Origin: Tubiluchus corallicola
Lineage: Eukaryota > Animalia > Priapulida
Reading direction: 5' to 3'
DNA: 64,000 nucleotides
Assembly: GCA_030141605.1 (NCBI GenBank)
Contig: JAQGDQ010000427.1
Location: 124,001 to 188,000, forward strand
The translations under genes and the position numbers were made by a program. A model generated the notes under the pieces. The model saw only the letters and a list, made by a program, of their open reading frames with translations. It was not told where the DNA came from and ran no database searches. This document shows positions 38,691 through 52,392 of this stretch, piece by piece; position 1 is the stretch's first letter, and every line of letters starts with the position of its first letter.

Positions 38691-40102
38691 TTGCGACACC
38701 TGATATATTAGACTGTTTACATAAATATGAATAAATATTTTGCGAACTTCTGCTTATAGCTCCGCGGAATTTGATATCTATGTTGAAATAGTGAAATGCT
38801 TAAAATTTTAGGCCTACGTGTTATCAAATCTGCTGAAATTTCTTTGTAAAAACAATAACTTTAATAAATCTCACATGATATTCTAATAGAACAAGATTAA
38901 GTTTTATACAGAACCATTTTCGTATTCGTATTCCCGCAAAGTGTATGCAATTTTAGGAAAGATAAAAATGCTGGCAAAAATCGAAAAATTAAAAATGAGA
39001 ATATAAATAAAAATCACACAAAAAGCGAAATGAAAAAGACGACAAGTTTCGGGACATTGCTGCTCCATGCCTTCTAACGAAAGGGACAGTGAAATTCTAT
39101 CAAAATTCATTAAGGAGCCCCCCCCCGTAAAAATAAGCGTATAGCCATAAGAGGAGAGAAATGGTCTGCGGGGAAATTTGATTTTATTTCAGACATTTAC
39201 AGTCCTTAGAACAGTAAAAATAAGGCACAGGTAAAAACACAGAGTCAGTTTACAGAAACATAATAAGCTTACAAGAGGATTGTTTAATCAAATCTCCACC
39301 CACGAAAATGAGAAGCGTTTCAATTTTATGAATTCCTACTGAGATGCTGCAGAATGTCTACTGTTGCGACAAGAGGCGTATCAAGTCTTTCGCTGATAGC
39401 TCTGTCCTGTCGTCACTGTTGTGAATTTATGGCTGTTTATGTAATGAACAGATTAAACAGTTACTTGTGGTGTATAAGAAACACTGTTTATTAAAACTTC
39501 TACATTAAAAACTTAAAATGATGCCGAATGTTTTGACAGGCTACTCATCATTCACAATCATACAACCAAGTTTATATAGGCAGAGCCTACAGTACAGAAC
39601 ATTATGCACTAATTAAGTAGTTAACAGAAGCCAAATAGGTAATGAATAAGCAGACCTGAGAAACGAAATTATGTAACCAATAAAACAGCCTGGCTACTAT
39701 AAAAAGAGTTCCGTGAGTCACCAATGCGGTATTTGGACTGATAATGCACCACACTGTCTTTCCGTAAATCTTAATTAGATAAGATTATTTACTCACTCCA
39801 AAGATAGAATTGTACATATACTTATTTACATTATATATATTATACATTATTATAGAATTGTACATTATTTTTTCAAATTTTACGCAATGTTGTCTAAACT
39901 TGTTTTAAACGACCAGCCATTAAAATGGTTGCGCTTAACGGTCATCCTGGGAGTTTAAATTTACAAATTTTGTACAGCGTTAAGGCCGATGCAAGCCTTG
40001 CATGCAAAATGGAAATATGTAAGAGGTATAAAATATCTAGACGATTTTTTTAAGCTTCCACTTTTCTTCTGCTTTAAAGTTTAATTTCTCTCACACGCTT
40101 TT

Positions 40103-42325
40103 GGCGTGAAATGAACTTTCTTGCTGCTTGGGTTTTCGTGAAAAAATCGAAAATGTTCTGAAAATGTTCTGATTTTCCGACACCAATTCCACATTTCCTT
40201 AGCACACCCAGTGTGAAATGGGCCTTAGGTTTACCTAAACGTGTTTCAACTAATATGGAGAAAAAGTTAATGCCCAATTAAAGTCAATAATTATTACAGG
40301 CAGATTATAATGATTGTAATTATTATAAAATCATTTATAGTTAAAAAACAACTTTATTAAAACTTTTACATTAAAAACTTAAAATGATGCTGAATGTTTC
40401 GCCAGGTTACTGCTGTCATCATTCACAAACATACAACCAAGTTAATATAGGCAGAGGCTACAAAATAGAACATTATGCACTAATTAAGTATTTAACAGAA
40501 GCCAAATAGGTAATGAATAAGCAGACCTGAAGAAAAGAAATTATGTAATCAATAAAGCAGCCTGGCTACCAAATTAGATTAGATTATTTATTCACTCTAA
40601 AAATACAATTGTACATTTACATAAATAAGATATAATTACAATTAAAGATAACTAGCTAATGTTTAAAGAAGGCAGAAGCCACCAGGCATGAATGCGCTTA
40701 TGGTGACCCACTCCATGACATCAGTCGTTTCTGTTTAATTTACAAAAAGTATTAAAATCAATTGTAATTTCGAAATCATTTAGCGCATGCGTAGTGCGCT
40801 AAATTTAGTGCATGGCGCCCTACAGTATGAAATGGTTGTATACAGTATGTAATCAACAACTCCGCCATTTTAATTTGTAATGTATTCACGCTACCGCCAT
40901 ACTAGCTGTGACGTAGCTGCGCTGCGTGCCGGTAGATGCGCAAACAGCGCTCCATGGTTTTCCCGCTGATACAAATAAGCTAATTACGCATTAATTATGC
41001 AACGCAGTGCAAACCATTTTAAGCCAAATTACTGTCCGGTAATTCAGTTATAAAATAAATTTAATTCGATTTTCGTGATATTTCTCCTTTAAATCACCTC
41101 TCATATTCATCTGTCAAAGCTTTAGTAAAAAAAATCGATCAAAGTAGGAAAGAGATGTCAGTCAGAGGTTCGAATTCCAGGATAACATGGCGGCCTTTAA
41201 ATTCCGCATTATGATGAGCCATATTGTATAGTTGTTCTTTAATGCAATTAATTATTTAAATAACGAATATATCTTAATTACAAATGTTATCGTAATTAGT
41301 AAACAATTGTTTATAAACTAACTGCATATACCTTTTGTAACAAGTCATCTAGCACACACTAATGTCACAGAATTGAACACTAGAATAACTCTGCAACAAG
41401 TTTTATTTGCAGCACTAATAACAAAAAAGGGGAACGAAATTCACAAAACAACTAACTTAAATAATTAACATGGCACACATATATACTAGGCCAAGAAGCA
41501 CCTGTGTCAGAAATCCAAGGTAGTAGTGACCGCCACACGCTTTTATACCGGCATTCCAGGTCAGCTGGATTCTCACACCACGTGTAGGCCCAAACAAGAC
41601 GTCTGGATGTACAGGGAAGAGGCGAGTCGCTGCTAACGTGGAAGCAGGGCGTACAGAGGGCGCTATACAGACCCGACAACAGGTGTCCCTGTAAAAATAT
41701 TATCTTTATCATTTCATATCGTTATAACAATAAGACTTATATAAGTTATAAAAATGATTTATATACGTTTGCCTAGACCGCAAAATTATTTTCTAGGCTT
41801 GCAAATATCTAGTCTTTTATTAAGTTGCAGACCGAATTTTTTTAATGTCAGCTTAAAGTCTTACTGCAGTTTTGAACTTTCATTTATATTATTAAATCAG
41901 ACATTATCAATCGATTGAATCACTGGTGTGTGTATTGTAACACTTTACTCTTCTACCAGATGTTCAAATCTTTAGGCATATTAAATTAAACATTATAAAT
42001 CAGATGAATCATTGCAACGTCATTTAACACCTTCGCTCTTTGTCTTATACCAAATGCTCAATTTATCAGCTGAATCACCTGTGCCTGCCTTTAAATAAAT
42101 TAACTCTTTGTCTTACACCACAGATGTTCAGTTTATCAGGTGAATCACCTGTACCTGTTTAAATAATTTAACTCTTTGTCTTACACCAGCTGATCAATTT
42201 ATCATGTGAATCACGAAACCTGATTAACATCCTTACTTTTGTTTCACACCAAATTTTAACACTTAATGCAAGTTTAGTTGAATGTCAGCAATCAGGGGAA
42301 TCATTGTCATGTTATTATTGACAAT
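40103..42325 (+). repeat. Tandem segmental duplication, copy 2
   Basis: See copy 1. Carries an extra segment at ~40535-40790. Confidence 0.92.
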
Positions 42326-42359
42326 GACAAGCCTGTGTGAGTACAATATCTATTTATTT

Positions 42360-42721
<362 letters not shown>

Positions 42722-43524
42722 GTATTATTATATCACAAATGTTATGATTATGGTGGCTCAACAACGCATTAAGAGGAAAGTAAACAAAAGCTCTAGTCGT
42801 TCATTATGCGCTAAAAGATGGCAAATTGAATGAACAAAAAGCAAGAAATAAGCTTAGTGATTTGAGGTAACAGAACAGAATGTCTATATCATTTACATGA
42901 TGCATCTAATTAAATTAATTATGAATTAAATATGTATGAAATAGGAATCAATTAGTTAAAATCTTGTGTAGAAACAAAGGACGGTATCACAGTCACGTAT
43001 ATGACTCATCTGACTTATTACTGAAACTTCAACGTAATTCATCTGCGTTGCAACAAAAGGCAAATGTGTTACTCTAAAAACGTCTAACTTCTTTTATTGA
43101 TTAAGGCTAAGTTCTAAGATGAAATTATAACAGTTATACATGCAGCCATTAAAACATTGTTAGAAGATCAGATACAAGAATTCAGGTAAAAGTACGTTCA
43201 GGGAAAACAGCAATAGTTCGAGATCCATTCTCTGAACCAATCTTGTGCACTGATGCTCGAGTTTTTAGCACTTCATAAGAAATTCCTCATTTGGGTTACA
43301 AGAATCGGTTTAGCCCACTTTTGTCTCGCTAACAGGATATTAGGTTGGACTATATTTTGGAACTTCTCAAACTTTCTTGGCTAGTCAGTGATGATGCCCT
43401 CTTTGTATGAGGAGGTAGGGAGAATACGGACTAAGTATTTATTAGTCTTGAGTGGTTAGTACAATCCTGTTGCAAAGGATTAAGGATCTATGTGCTCATG
43501 TAATGGGTGATGCGCTTTGACTAG

Positions 43525-43908
43525 ATTATTTTAGTGCCACTCCAAAACAGCTTTCAATCTTTTTTCCAGCGAAAAAGTTACGGAACATTAAGATTATTCC
43601 TCTACTATGAAAGAATTATATGCGAATTCCAAAAAAATATAATAAGCCTTGGTTCAATAAGGTTTGTATCACGAATTTTGCGTTATTCTACATTTTTTTA
43701 ATTAATGTCATTTTGACGTTTGTAATTTTGAAGGCAGAAAATACAGAAAGGTGGGAGATTTATTTATGAAGGACTGAAGACAGGATGACGACGCTAACGT
43801 CAAACTCTTTTATGAATAAAAACAAAAATAAAAATAGAAGTTAAGTAAATTTTAAGTCATGGCTAATAAAAACTTTTTTTATTTCGTGGTTACATGGATC
43901 CTTGAAAA

Positions 43909-43978
<70 letters not shown>

Positions 43979-46180
43979 TAATAATAATAATAATAATAAT
44001 AACAGTAATAATAATAATAATAATAATAATGATAAATGGTTAATATATATATATATATATATATAGAACATATAGGAATAGGCACTATTAAAACTGTTAC
44101 AATATAAGTTTGGAAGTTAAATAAATCATACAAGATTAAACTGCTCTTGAATCTCTTTGCTCTGCGTCTAGGTAAGTGGTTTTTGATGGTGGTGAGTGCT
44201 GTATCTATGAATATGGGCATCTGGCAATAGAGTGTGGATTTTGATATTAAGATTTTGAATTGATGAGAAAAACTTTTTGCAAGAATTTTGGCGACAGTTA
44301 AGTAAAGGTTGAAGATCAGAGTAGAGCCAATCTGCATAGTTATCATTTGAAAAAATATTTTCAATGAACGTTTTTGAACTGTTTCTAACAAATCAGAGAT
44401 GAGTGTCATTCCTGATAAGCGTATATTTATAATGTATAATGTAATTTGGGAAAGTTACTGTTATTAGCGTGAAACAAAGGCTCCACTCTACTAAGTTACT
44501 CTAAATAATATAACAGCTGCATCTGCTTTGCTCAGGTAAAATTAATTAGGACTGATCTATTACCTGGTGTACAATCCAATTTTAATGAACTAACATGGAT
44601 GTGCCCGCAAAAGATGCTTAATTACGATAATAGTGGCATTGATCAACTCGAACAAAATAAAAATTCGTGAATTATTTAATTAATCATGAGTGCGGCGAAG
44701 TTGAAAGACGTACATCGAGTTTCCTAGTAAATCAAGTATGCAGCAGGTATGGCAACATTAACGTCTACGCAAGGCCATTTTAACTCATTTAACTCATTTT
44801 AACTCCTCCAAAATTAACGAATTCCTAAAAATATATGTTTTTTGGTTGAATATGTTTTTCATGTTGTAGTCGTCACGGGCATTTTAGCATTGTACAGTGA
44901 AGTGAATTCTAAGCAGGCTTCAAAGAAAAATTTTAAACCGGTATCCTTTCTTTGGAAACGACTGGAATTTTTTATTGGAGGTTCTAGTCAAAAGACAATT
45001 TAAAAAACGCTGATATGATAAGTGGTCAGTGTATTTCATTGCGAAAAATTATTAAAGTGTCAATAAAATTTATTCATCATTTCATTTCAATAAAACTAAA
45101 AAAAGCGGTGCTAATATAATCCTGTATAAATGACAGTTCGTTGGTGAATGAGTCAATAAACGTTGTTTTCTATTCACTGCTCATATTTTTTAAAGTTGAT
45201 AGCTTAACTAGTTTATACGGAGATATGGCAGTTTCTAGTTTTACAGAATGGCTTCCTGGTAAATACAATAATGAATTACTGCGTTATTTATTCTTCTGGC
45301 ATTAAATTATTTAAGAGCCGGCTTCTGTGTTGATCAGTCGGAAGCCAGTGAAATTATTGGAATTACTAGAAGGTATCTATTGAAATTGAGCATATGGCAA
45401 TTTCTACTTTAAGCTAATGCAACAAATGATTCACTTGTTAATTACTCTCCTGACACTAAATTATTCAGGAAAAGGCTTCTGAATTAATTAGTGAACTTAG
45501 GAGAAGCTACTTAGTGAAAATAAGCAATGAGGGGACTTTGTTCTTATGGCAGCAATGTTATATAATAAATTAATGTGTTAATTAGTCTTCTGATACTAAA
45601 TTATTCAGGAAAAGGCTTCTGGTTTGATTAGTGGAATTAGGAGAAGTAATTAGTGAATCTGAGCATATGATAACTTCTGCTTTGGTCTTATGGCGGTAAT
45701 GCATAATGATTTGATACATTAAGTTTTCTTCTGTGTCTGAATTATTTAAGAACAGGTTTCTGGTTTTCCAAAAGATTTGTATATTATGTTTGAATGGCAA
45801 TCGTTTGTTGGCTTACACATAAGTCAGAAATTTTGTTCATTTGTAATATTTTATATTTTTATAAAAGAAGAAAAAGTGGAGACTTGTGGGCTGAATTCGT
45901 AATCGAAAAAACCTCCTCAACTTTGTTTCTGATTCAAATAAATATAATTATGTGAAATTAAAGCTGCTTTCCACAATCGTGTTTCATACATGAGAAAGAA
46001 ATCAAGAACGTCGATTAAAACAAGTGCATAATTATTACAATTCACCACGTTATCTATACAACGATGCTTATATTACTAATTATATTAGTAAATCGAGAAA
46101 CGCCAGCCTACTAAATTATATTATTATACGTTTTAGTATGACGTAGTTCGTAACGTCAAGTAATCTATAAATATGATACT
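43525..46180 (-). repeat. Inverted duplicate of 19550-21560 plus 23870-24365 (family B, L2 fragment and flank)
   Basis: Reverse-complement colinearity, including the same L2 junction (MTLISDLLETVQKRSLK at 44409) and a (TAA)n tail. Confidence 0.88.
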
Positions 46181-46584
46181 GAACTATGATATAGTTATAA
46201 TATATTACTTGTGGTCAATTAGAAACACTATTAACCTAGAGTAAGTTTTCACGTGGTCATTACTAAAGTATTTGCATAATACTTGCATTCAAATAAGCTG
46301 CTCAACTGCTTGTTGTGTGTACTACATTGCAATTCGTTAAGTGTCACTTGTATAAAAGATTTGCTCAGGAACTGCCTGTCGCCCTAGGCTACAGCCTAGT
46401 TAGACTATTGGTTAATATGCCCCTGATTGTGACATCCCATTTTAATCCCGTTACTAAGTCTCATTTTAAGATGTCTGTTTGTATTTTTATTTTTCCAATG
46501 TATTTTTATATTTTGTTGTTTTTATTGTAGAAAAGAGCTCTAGCTGCTTATTTTATCCATGTAGATAACTGCATTGGATAAAAT

Positions 46585-46800
46585 TTACCTTACCTCACTT
46601 TACCTTACCTAACCTTACCTTACCTTACCTTACCTTACCTTACCTTACCTTATCACACATTACATTACTTTACCTTACCTTACCTTACCTTACCTTGCCT
46701 TGCCTTGCCTTGCCTTGCCTTGCCTTGCCTTGCCTTGCCTTGCCTTGCCTTGCCTTGCCTTACCTTACCTTACCTTACCTTACCTTATCTTACCTTACAT
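46585..46800. repeat. (CCTTA)n/(CCTTG)n pentanucleotide repeat
   Basis: Direct reading. Confidence 0.96.
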
Positions 46801-47049
46801 TGCCTTATCTTACTATCCTTACGTTATTACCTTAACTTATGTTACCTTAACTCATATTACTAAGCTTACAAGTAACAAAAAGGAAGAAAGAAATAGACAC
46901 ATTTTGCATGAAGCCCTGACTACTGACCACATTGAGAGTGCGCCCTGGAATCCTCATAATTATGTAGGCCTAGTATTTGATTAATTGAGTATGCTCGTAG
47001 TATTTGAAATGAAATCGAAGACGAATTGCACTTTCTTATAAAATACCCG

Positions 47050-47525
47050 TAGATAGGCAAGTAGGTAGATAGGTAGGTAAGTAAGTAGGGTAGGTAGGCA
47101 GGTTGGAAGGTAGGTAGGTAGGTAGGTAGATAGGTAGGTAGGTAGGCAGGTTGGAAGGTAGGTAGGTAGGTAGGTAGGTAGGTTGGTTGGTAGGTAGGCG
47201 AGTAGGTAGATAGGTAGGCAGGTTGGAATGTTGGTAGGTAGGTAGGCAGGTAGGTAGGTAGGTATGTTGGTTGGTAGGTAGGTACGTAGGTAGATAGGTA
47301 GGTAAGTAGGTAGGTAGGTTGGCAGGTTGGTAGGTAGGTAGGTAGGTAGGTAGGTAAGTAAATAGGTAGATAGGTAGGTATGTAGGTAGGTAGGTAGGTA
47401 GGTAGGCAGGCAGGCAGGCAGGTAGGTAGGTAGGTAGATAGGTAGGTAGGTAGGTAGGTAGGTAGGTAGGTAGGTTTGTAGGTCGGTAGGTAGGTAGGTA
47501 GGTGGGTAAGTAAGCAAATAAGTAA
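47050..47525. repeat. (GGTA)n tetranucleotide tract, possibly the expanded 3' tail of the adjacent LINE
   Basis: Direct reading. Lies just 3' of the minus-strand LINE. Confidence 0.93.
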
Positions 47526-47529
47526 GCAA

Positions 47530-49515
47530 TCTATTGTTATTAAACCATAATACACACAATGAAATTTATGTGGTTTTACGTACGTTACATGGTTTTGCAA
47601 TAACTTATGGAAACAACAAGGAGATTAACACAAATAATTCAATCGGTTGAGATAAAGAATTAATATTGGAGATTTACTGAAATTTACTGTTGATGGTGCG
47701 AATTGCAACGGGATAGAAAGAAGTTAATGTTCTTGTGGTTTTAGCGTTAATTGAGCGGAATTTACGACCAGATGGGAAGCATTTCAAAATATTTATTACC
47801 TGGATGGAATTCGTCTTTCATGATAACTTGCGCACTCTTTGCTACCCTAGTTTCATTCAAATATGCCATAGATTGCTGTTCAACTCCTATAATTTTTGAG
47901 GCGCATTTAATAATTTGATCAAGAGCATTGCGATCTCACTATGTGGTGGCGCCAATGGTACCAAACAGTGAGGGATGTTGTTAAGACATTCTCTATTACT
48001 ACACGATAAAAAATTTCCATCACAGTAGGGGCAACATTATATGATATCAATTATCTAAAAAGTACAAACGCTGGCGGACCTTTTTACACAATAGCCACAT
48101 TATTTTCCCTGATCATCTGAAATTTTTATTCCCAAATATTTGAAATCTTTAATAATTTTTACAGCTGTTTCATTTAAAAGTAAAGATGCTCTTCCACCAG
48201 GCTTGTTTCTAAAATCTACGATAATTTCTTTTGTCTTTGAAACATTCAGTGTGTAACGACCAGCTTAGCATATATCTTTGTATTTGTAACTAGATTAAGT
48301 TATTACTAACTTAACTTCGTTGTAGAATGAGATATGTTTTTCTGGCCAATGTAAACTTTACGGTAGTATACGTAATTTAGTTTGGGCTGTATAAAATTGT
48401 TGTTTATAGCTGTTCAATGTATAAACCAGGTGTTCCACTTTAGTTATGCGCATAGGTCAAAACTAGGGTAAACTCGTTGAACGGATATGCAAATTCACGT
48501 TATCCTGCTATAGTGTTATTGAAGCCAGACTATGATACAACCGGCTTTAGAGGTCTTTTCACACAGATGTGTAGAGAACGACGTGGCTCTTTGCAAGAGA
48601 GACTTGCGGGCAGATATAATGCTGGACAGTTTATTTTAACATATGTTTTGCCTCTTTGCATATAAGTCGTGCAACTTTAGCTGGCTCTACCTAATGCTAA
48701 TGTTTAGTGAAAGTTCCAACAACGTGTTAGTGACTATTTATTTGGGCAGTTCTAGAATTGAGCCCAGTTCACCATTTGTTTACATCGAGTTACATTGTGA
48801 CATCTGACATGATAACCAAACTACCGGTCTACCAACGCAGGACGCTTCCGGGAGCGACTCCCATCTGCTTATGACTTCGCAGTTCAGCTATGCTCTAAAC
48901 ACCCGGGTGTGCACACCGATGTTGTGGATCCGCCATCTTCGTCGTCGTGCTACCGCCGATAAGTATTGCTGACGTATACTTTCATTGATGCAGAGACTGT
49001 AAGTGATAAATTCTCGTTTCTTTTGTTTAACTACTAGGCCACAGCCTGTTGCTTCCTTTTGTACAACGATACTTGCTTCGACTGGCAGTGGCTGGTAAAG
49101 CTAAGACTCAGTTGAAAGTGCTGATAGCTTACATATAAAGCTCGTGTGGATGGAGCTTTACTTTATGGACTTACTATTAACAAGCATTGGTGAACTATTA
49201 GATTATTTTCTTTCGTTAGCCAAAAGTTTATTGAACTGGTACCCGGGTACAAATTAACAGCTGTCACTTGGTTTGAACTAATTTATATTTTCAACATTTA
49301 TGAATATTAAAGGGTTATCTTATCATAAAAACTGCATAAAATTAGTTTCACGTTTTGTGTTCAAGAAATATATTGAGTAAAAACTGAGTAGTATGACACA
49401 CGCTACCAAACAATAAGAGCGCTGATTGCTCATACTTGATTGTGAGATCCGCCCCACATTACACAGTTCTAAATTATTCTTTTCGCACCATCGTATTAAA
49501 TTTTGAACTTCCAAA
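47530..49515 (-). mobile_element. Rex1/Babar-like LINE ORF2 C-terminal fragment split by a solo LTR
   Basis: EVQNLIRWCEKNNLEL (49511-49464) joins NVSKTKEIIVDFRNK (from 48246), then KDFKYLG and LP-SGRKFRSINAKTTRTLTSFYPVAIR. Confidence 0.85.
48252..49463. mobile_element. Solo LTR (1212 bp)
   Basis: TGTAA...TTACA termini with flanks CAGTG/CAGTT (5-bp TSD, 1 mismatch). Removing it restores the LINE reading frame. Confidence 0.85.
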
Positions 49516-50596
49516 AAATAATTAGAGTTGTTGTTATTGCAAATAAGATTATTATAATATTGATTAATACTAATATTATAATTATTTCATAGTCTATAAT
49601 AACAATAATTAGTTTAAAATTAAAGTATGTTTGGAGGTGTGAATTTAACAAAAATGTTTAATGAGTCAGAGAAATTTGTCACATAAGAATGCAGGCGCTA
49701 GTGCCCGTCTAACTAGCAAATGGCGAAATGCATGTAACAGCGAATAACTGGTGGTGCAAACGTGAAATTGTGATTGTGTGGTAATAATTATTTCAAGTAA
49801 GTCATTCTTAAAAAATAATATGTTTCCTTTCAATATTTTAATAAATAGGTTGTGTTGACCTACACTTTAACATTGGGTCCGATCTTGCTTTTAGGCCGCC
49901 ATGTTTCGTAGCTTTGGCGCCGAGTGAGTGAGAATGTCACGTGATCTGCGCATAAAGCTTCTATGGTCATCATTATGGCGGCTTGCATGGTGCGCGATCA
50001 AATTAGACAGAATGTTTCAATTGTGATATATAAGGTCAGTTGTTCTTCAAATTTAGCTAAAAGTTTTGTGTTAAACGAAAAATTTTCACACGGAAGCTTT
50101 CATTTCTGTTCAGGTAAAATTTTTAAATTAAATAAATTTACCCAGATCTAGGTACGGGAATAATATGTATTTGGTTTAGTCGGCATTTTAGTAGATTAAG
50201 CAAAAGCCTAGCTACTATTAGTAAAAAAACTCTCACATTTAAAACGTATGCTTTGACGAAATTGCAGACAGTTTTTTCACTTGGGTTCAGCAGTCGTAGA
50301 CCTACTATAGGACAGCTAGAGAATAGCAAATAAAATTTCAAAATTAAAAAGGATTTGTGTCTAAAATGCACAAGTTTAAAGTTTCAATTGCAAGCTGTCG
50401 CAAGTGTTACCAGAATCCTAAAATTGTGAAATTATTATTAGACTCATGCCTCATAAGTCAAGGCCTACAATATGACGCTACACTTTCGTTCATCTGTGTG
50501 TGACTCGGATACTAAAGCCAATGATACAATCCTGAAATACACAAACCGGCTGAGGTCGGCTATGTTAAAAAGATCGCTGAAATTAGACTACATTAA

Positions 50597-52020
50597 AGGA
50601 GCAAAATCACGAAAATTAAAGTTGAACTTATTTTATAACTGACTTACACGATAAGTTGGAAAAAAAATTTAGCGCTGCCTTAGTAATTGAGTATTTTATT
50701 TATTTTTCCTCGCGGGAACAGTCATGGAGCACTCTTTGCGCCTCTCCCGGGGAAAAACTGCAGAATAGCGCAGTGTGCGCAACTACGTCACAGCCAGTAT
50801 TGCAGGAAAGCCATATCACAGTTTATATAATAGTACATACAGTTAGGACACTCCGTATGTGCGCGCGTGGATTTTTGTGCCCGCGCATGCGCGAGCCTTA
50901 GCCAGGTAAAATTCGCCATTTTGTTTTTTCATGTTAAGATTGAGCTGCATTTTAGTTAATTCATTTTGGAAATTTTAAGCGCTAACTTTAAGTTTAACCA
51001 GTGGAAATGGAAGATCGTGATAACTGTGCATTTACCAAGTAAAAAAATTATACCAATAGACATTCATTCTGGTGTAATGTGGTGTTCTGCCGTGGGTTGC
51101 AAAAATGATCAACTCGACAATAAAGATGTCAGCCTTTTTAGATTTTCTCGAGATGACAAGAGGTCTGTAATCTTGCAGATAAAATAATTTTATTATTGTT
51201 ACCTTTTCAGTTAAAATCAGTTGCCTCTGCTCTAAAAATAATTTAGTTTTCTAGGCTTACTACTTGTTATTCGTTTGTGGAGCAGCAAGCTAACAAGCCA
51301 AATTCGAAAATGTACTTAAGTAATAATTTGCAGTAATTAATACCAGGTATAATACCATCTATTCCACTATAATACTAATTAAATTGGCATTGGACAGTAA
51401 ATAAAACTTTGAACACGGAGAATCATATAAACCAAATTAGTTTGCAAGAACTATCGTGTGCAGTATACACTATTATTTTTTGTAATGTAAAGCAAACGAA
51501 ATTTTTAGTTACATGCTAAATTATTTAATCCTTCTAATTTTTAGGTCCAAAGAGTTGACTCAACTTTGTCCGCAGCAAGATCTGTTGAAAAAAGATGCAG
51601 AAACTATATACAAAACTAACCAACTATGTGCTACCCACTTTGAAGATATAATGTTTCAAAACACATGTAACTTGAAAAATCGCCTTTAAGAAAATGTAGC
51701 CAAGCCGAAATTGTTTCAGCAGGTGAACAATCCAACAGGATGCAAGTCCTGAAAACGAAAAGTCATTTACATCAAAGCAGACAGATTCTTCATTGATACT
51801 TTATTCTCCCAGCAAAAAATACATAAGAAAAACAGTCAGAAAGGAACGACAGCATTTTCAGCGATTATCAGTACAGAAAACTGATGGTTCATCGTGTAGT
51901 GATGTGTCTGCAGTCAAACAGCTAAACAACATTCTTTTAAACAAATCAGAAGAACTGCCTGTATCAGAAGCTTTTTCTAAAGTTATGACACCTTCAACTA
52001 GAACTGGCAAAGCGGAAACG
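50597..52020 (+). mobile_element. Kolobok-type transposon 5' part with a THAP-domain gene remnant
   Basis: TTAA|AGGAGCAAAATCACGAAAAT terminus followed by THAP exons. The right boundary is uncertain. Confidence 0.65.
51077..51740 (+). pseudogene. Spliced THAP zinc-finger domain (exons 51077-51162 and 51545-~51740)
   Basis: MWCSAVGCKN..VSLFRFSRDDKR|GT..AG|SKELTQLCPQQDLLKK..QLCATHFED..NRL*ENVAKPKLF. Conserved P and W are mutated and there is an in-frame stop. Confidence 0.85.
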
Positions 52021-52349
52021 TAATGGCCGCCGCTATACTTCGACATAACGGTACCTAATTAGGGTACATTATAATAAAAGAGAGTATATGTACCCTAATA
52101 AGACTTTTCTTATTGCACAAAGCAGTTCAATTCCTTAAACTTTACTTTTCAAACACTCAGCTGTTTGTTACTGTATCAGTTTCTTTTCAGGTCTGCTGTT
52201 TGGCTTTTGTAAATATGTAATTAGTGTTTAAGTTACTGTATCAATTTCTTTACTGGTCTATATACTCATTACCTATTTGGCTTCTGTTAACTACTTAATT
52301 AGTGCATAATAAGCTCTGGCTTTATGAACTCGTTGTACGCTTTTAAATT

Positions 52350-52392
52350 TACCATTGATGATGACAGCAGCAGCCTGTTGAAACGTTTGGCA
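52350..52392 (+). ncRNA. Degenerate minimal (Penelope-type) hammerhead ribozyme-like motif
   Basis: TACCA-TTGATGA-T-GACAG-cagcagc-CTGTT-GAAA-CG-TT-TGGCA fits stem I, core, stem II and minimal stem III. C3 is replaced by T. Confidence 0.5.

Noticed and set aside
43150-43500. Possible coding fragment (locally higher complexity)
   Set aside because: No recognisable motif and no open frame of useful length.
46585-46800. Telomeric TTAGG repeat
   Set aside because: The unit is CCTTA (TAAGG on the other strand) or CCTTG, not CCTAA.
51077-51740. Host THAP12/PRKRIR gene
   Set aside because: Conserved residues are mutated, there is an in-frame stop, no downstream domains are seen and it sits behind a transposon-like terminus.
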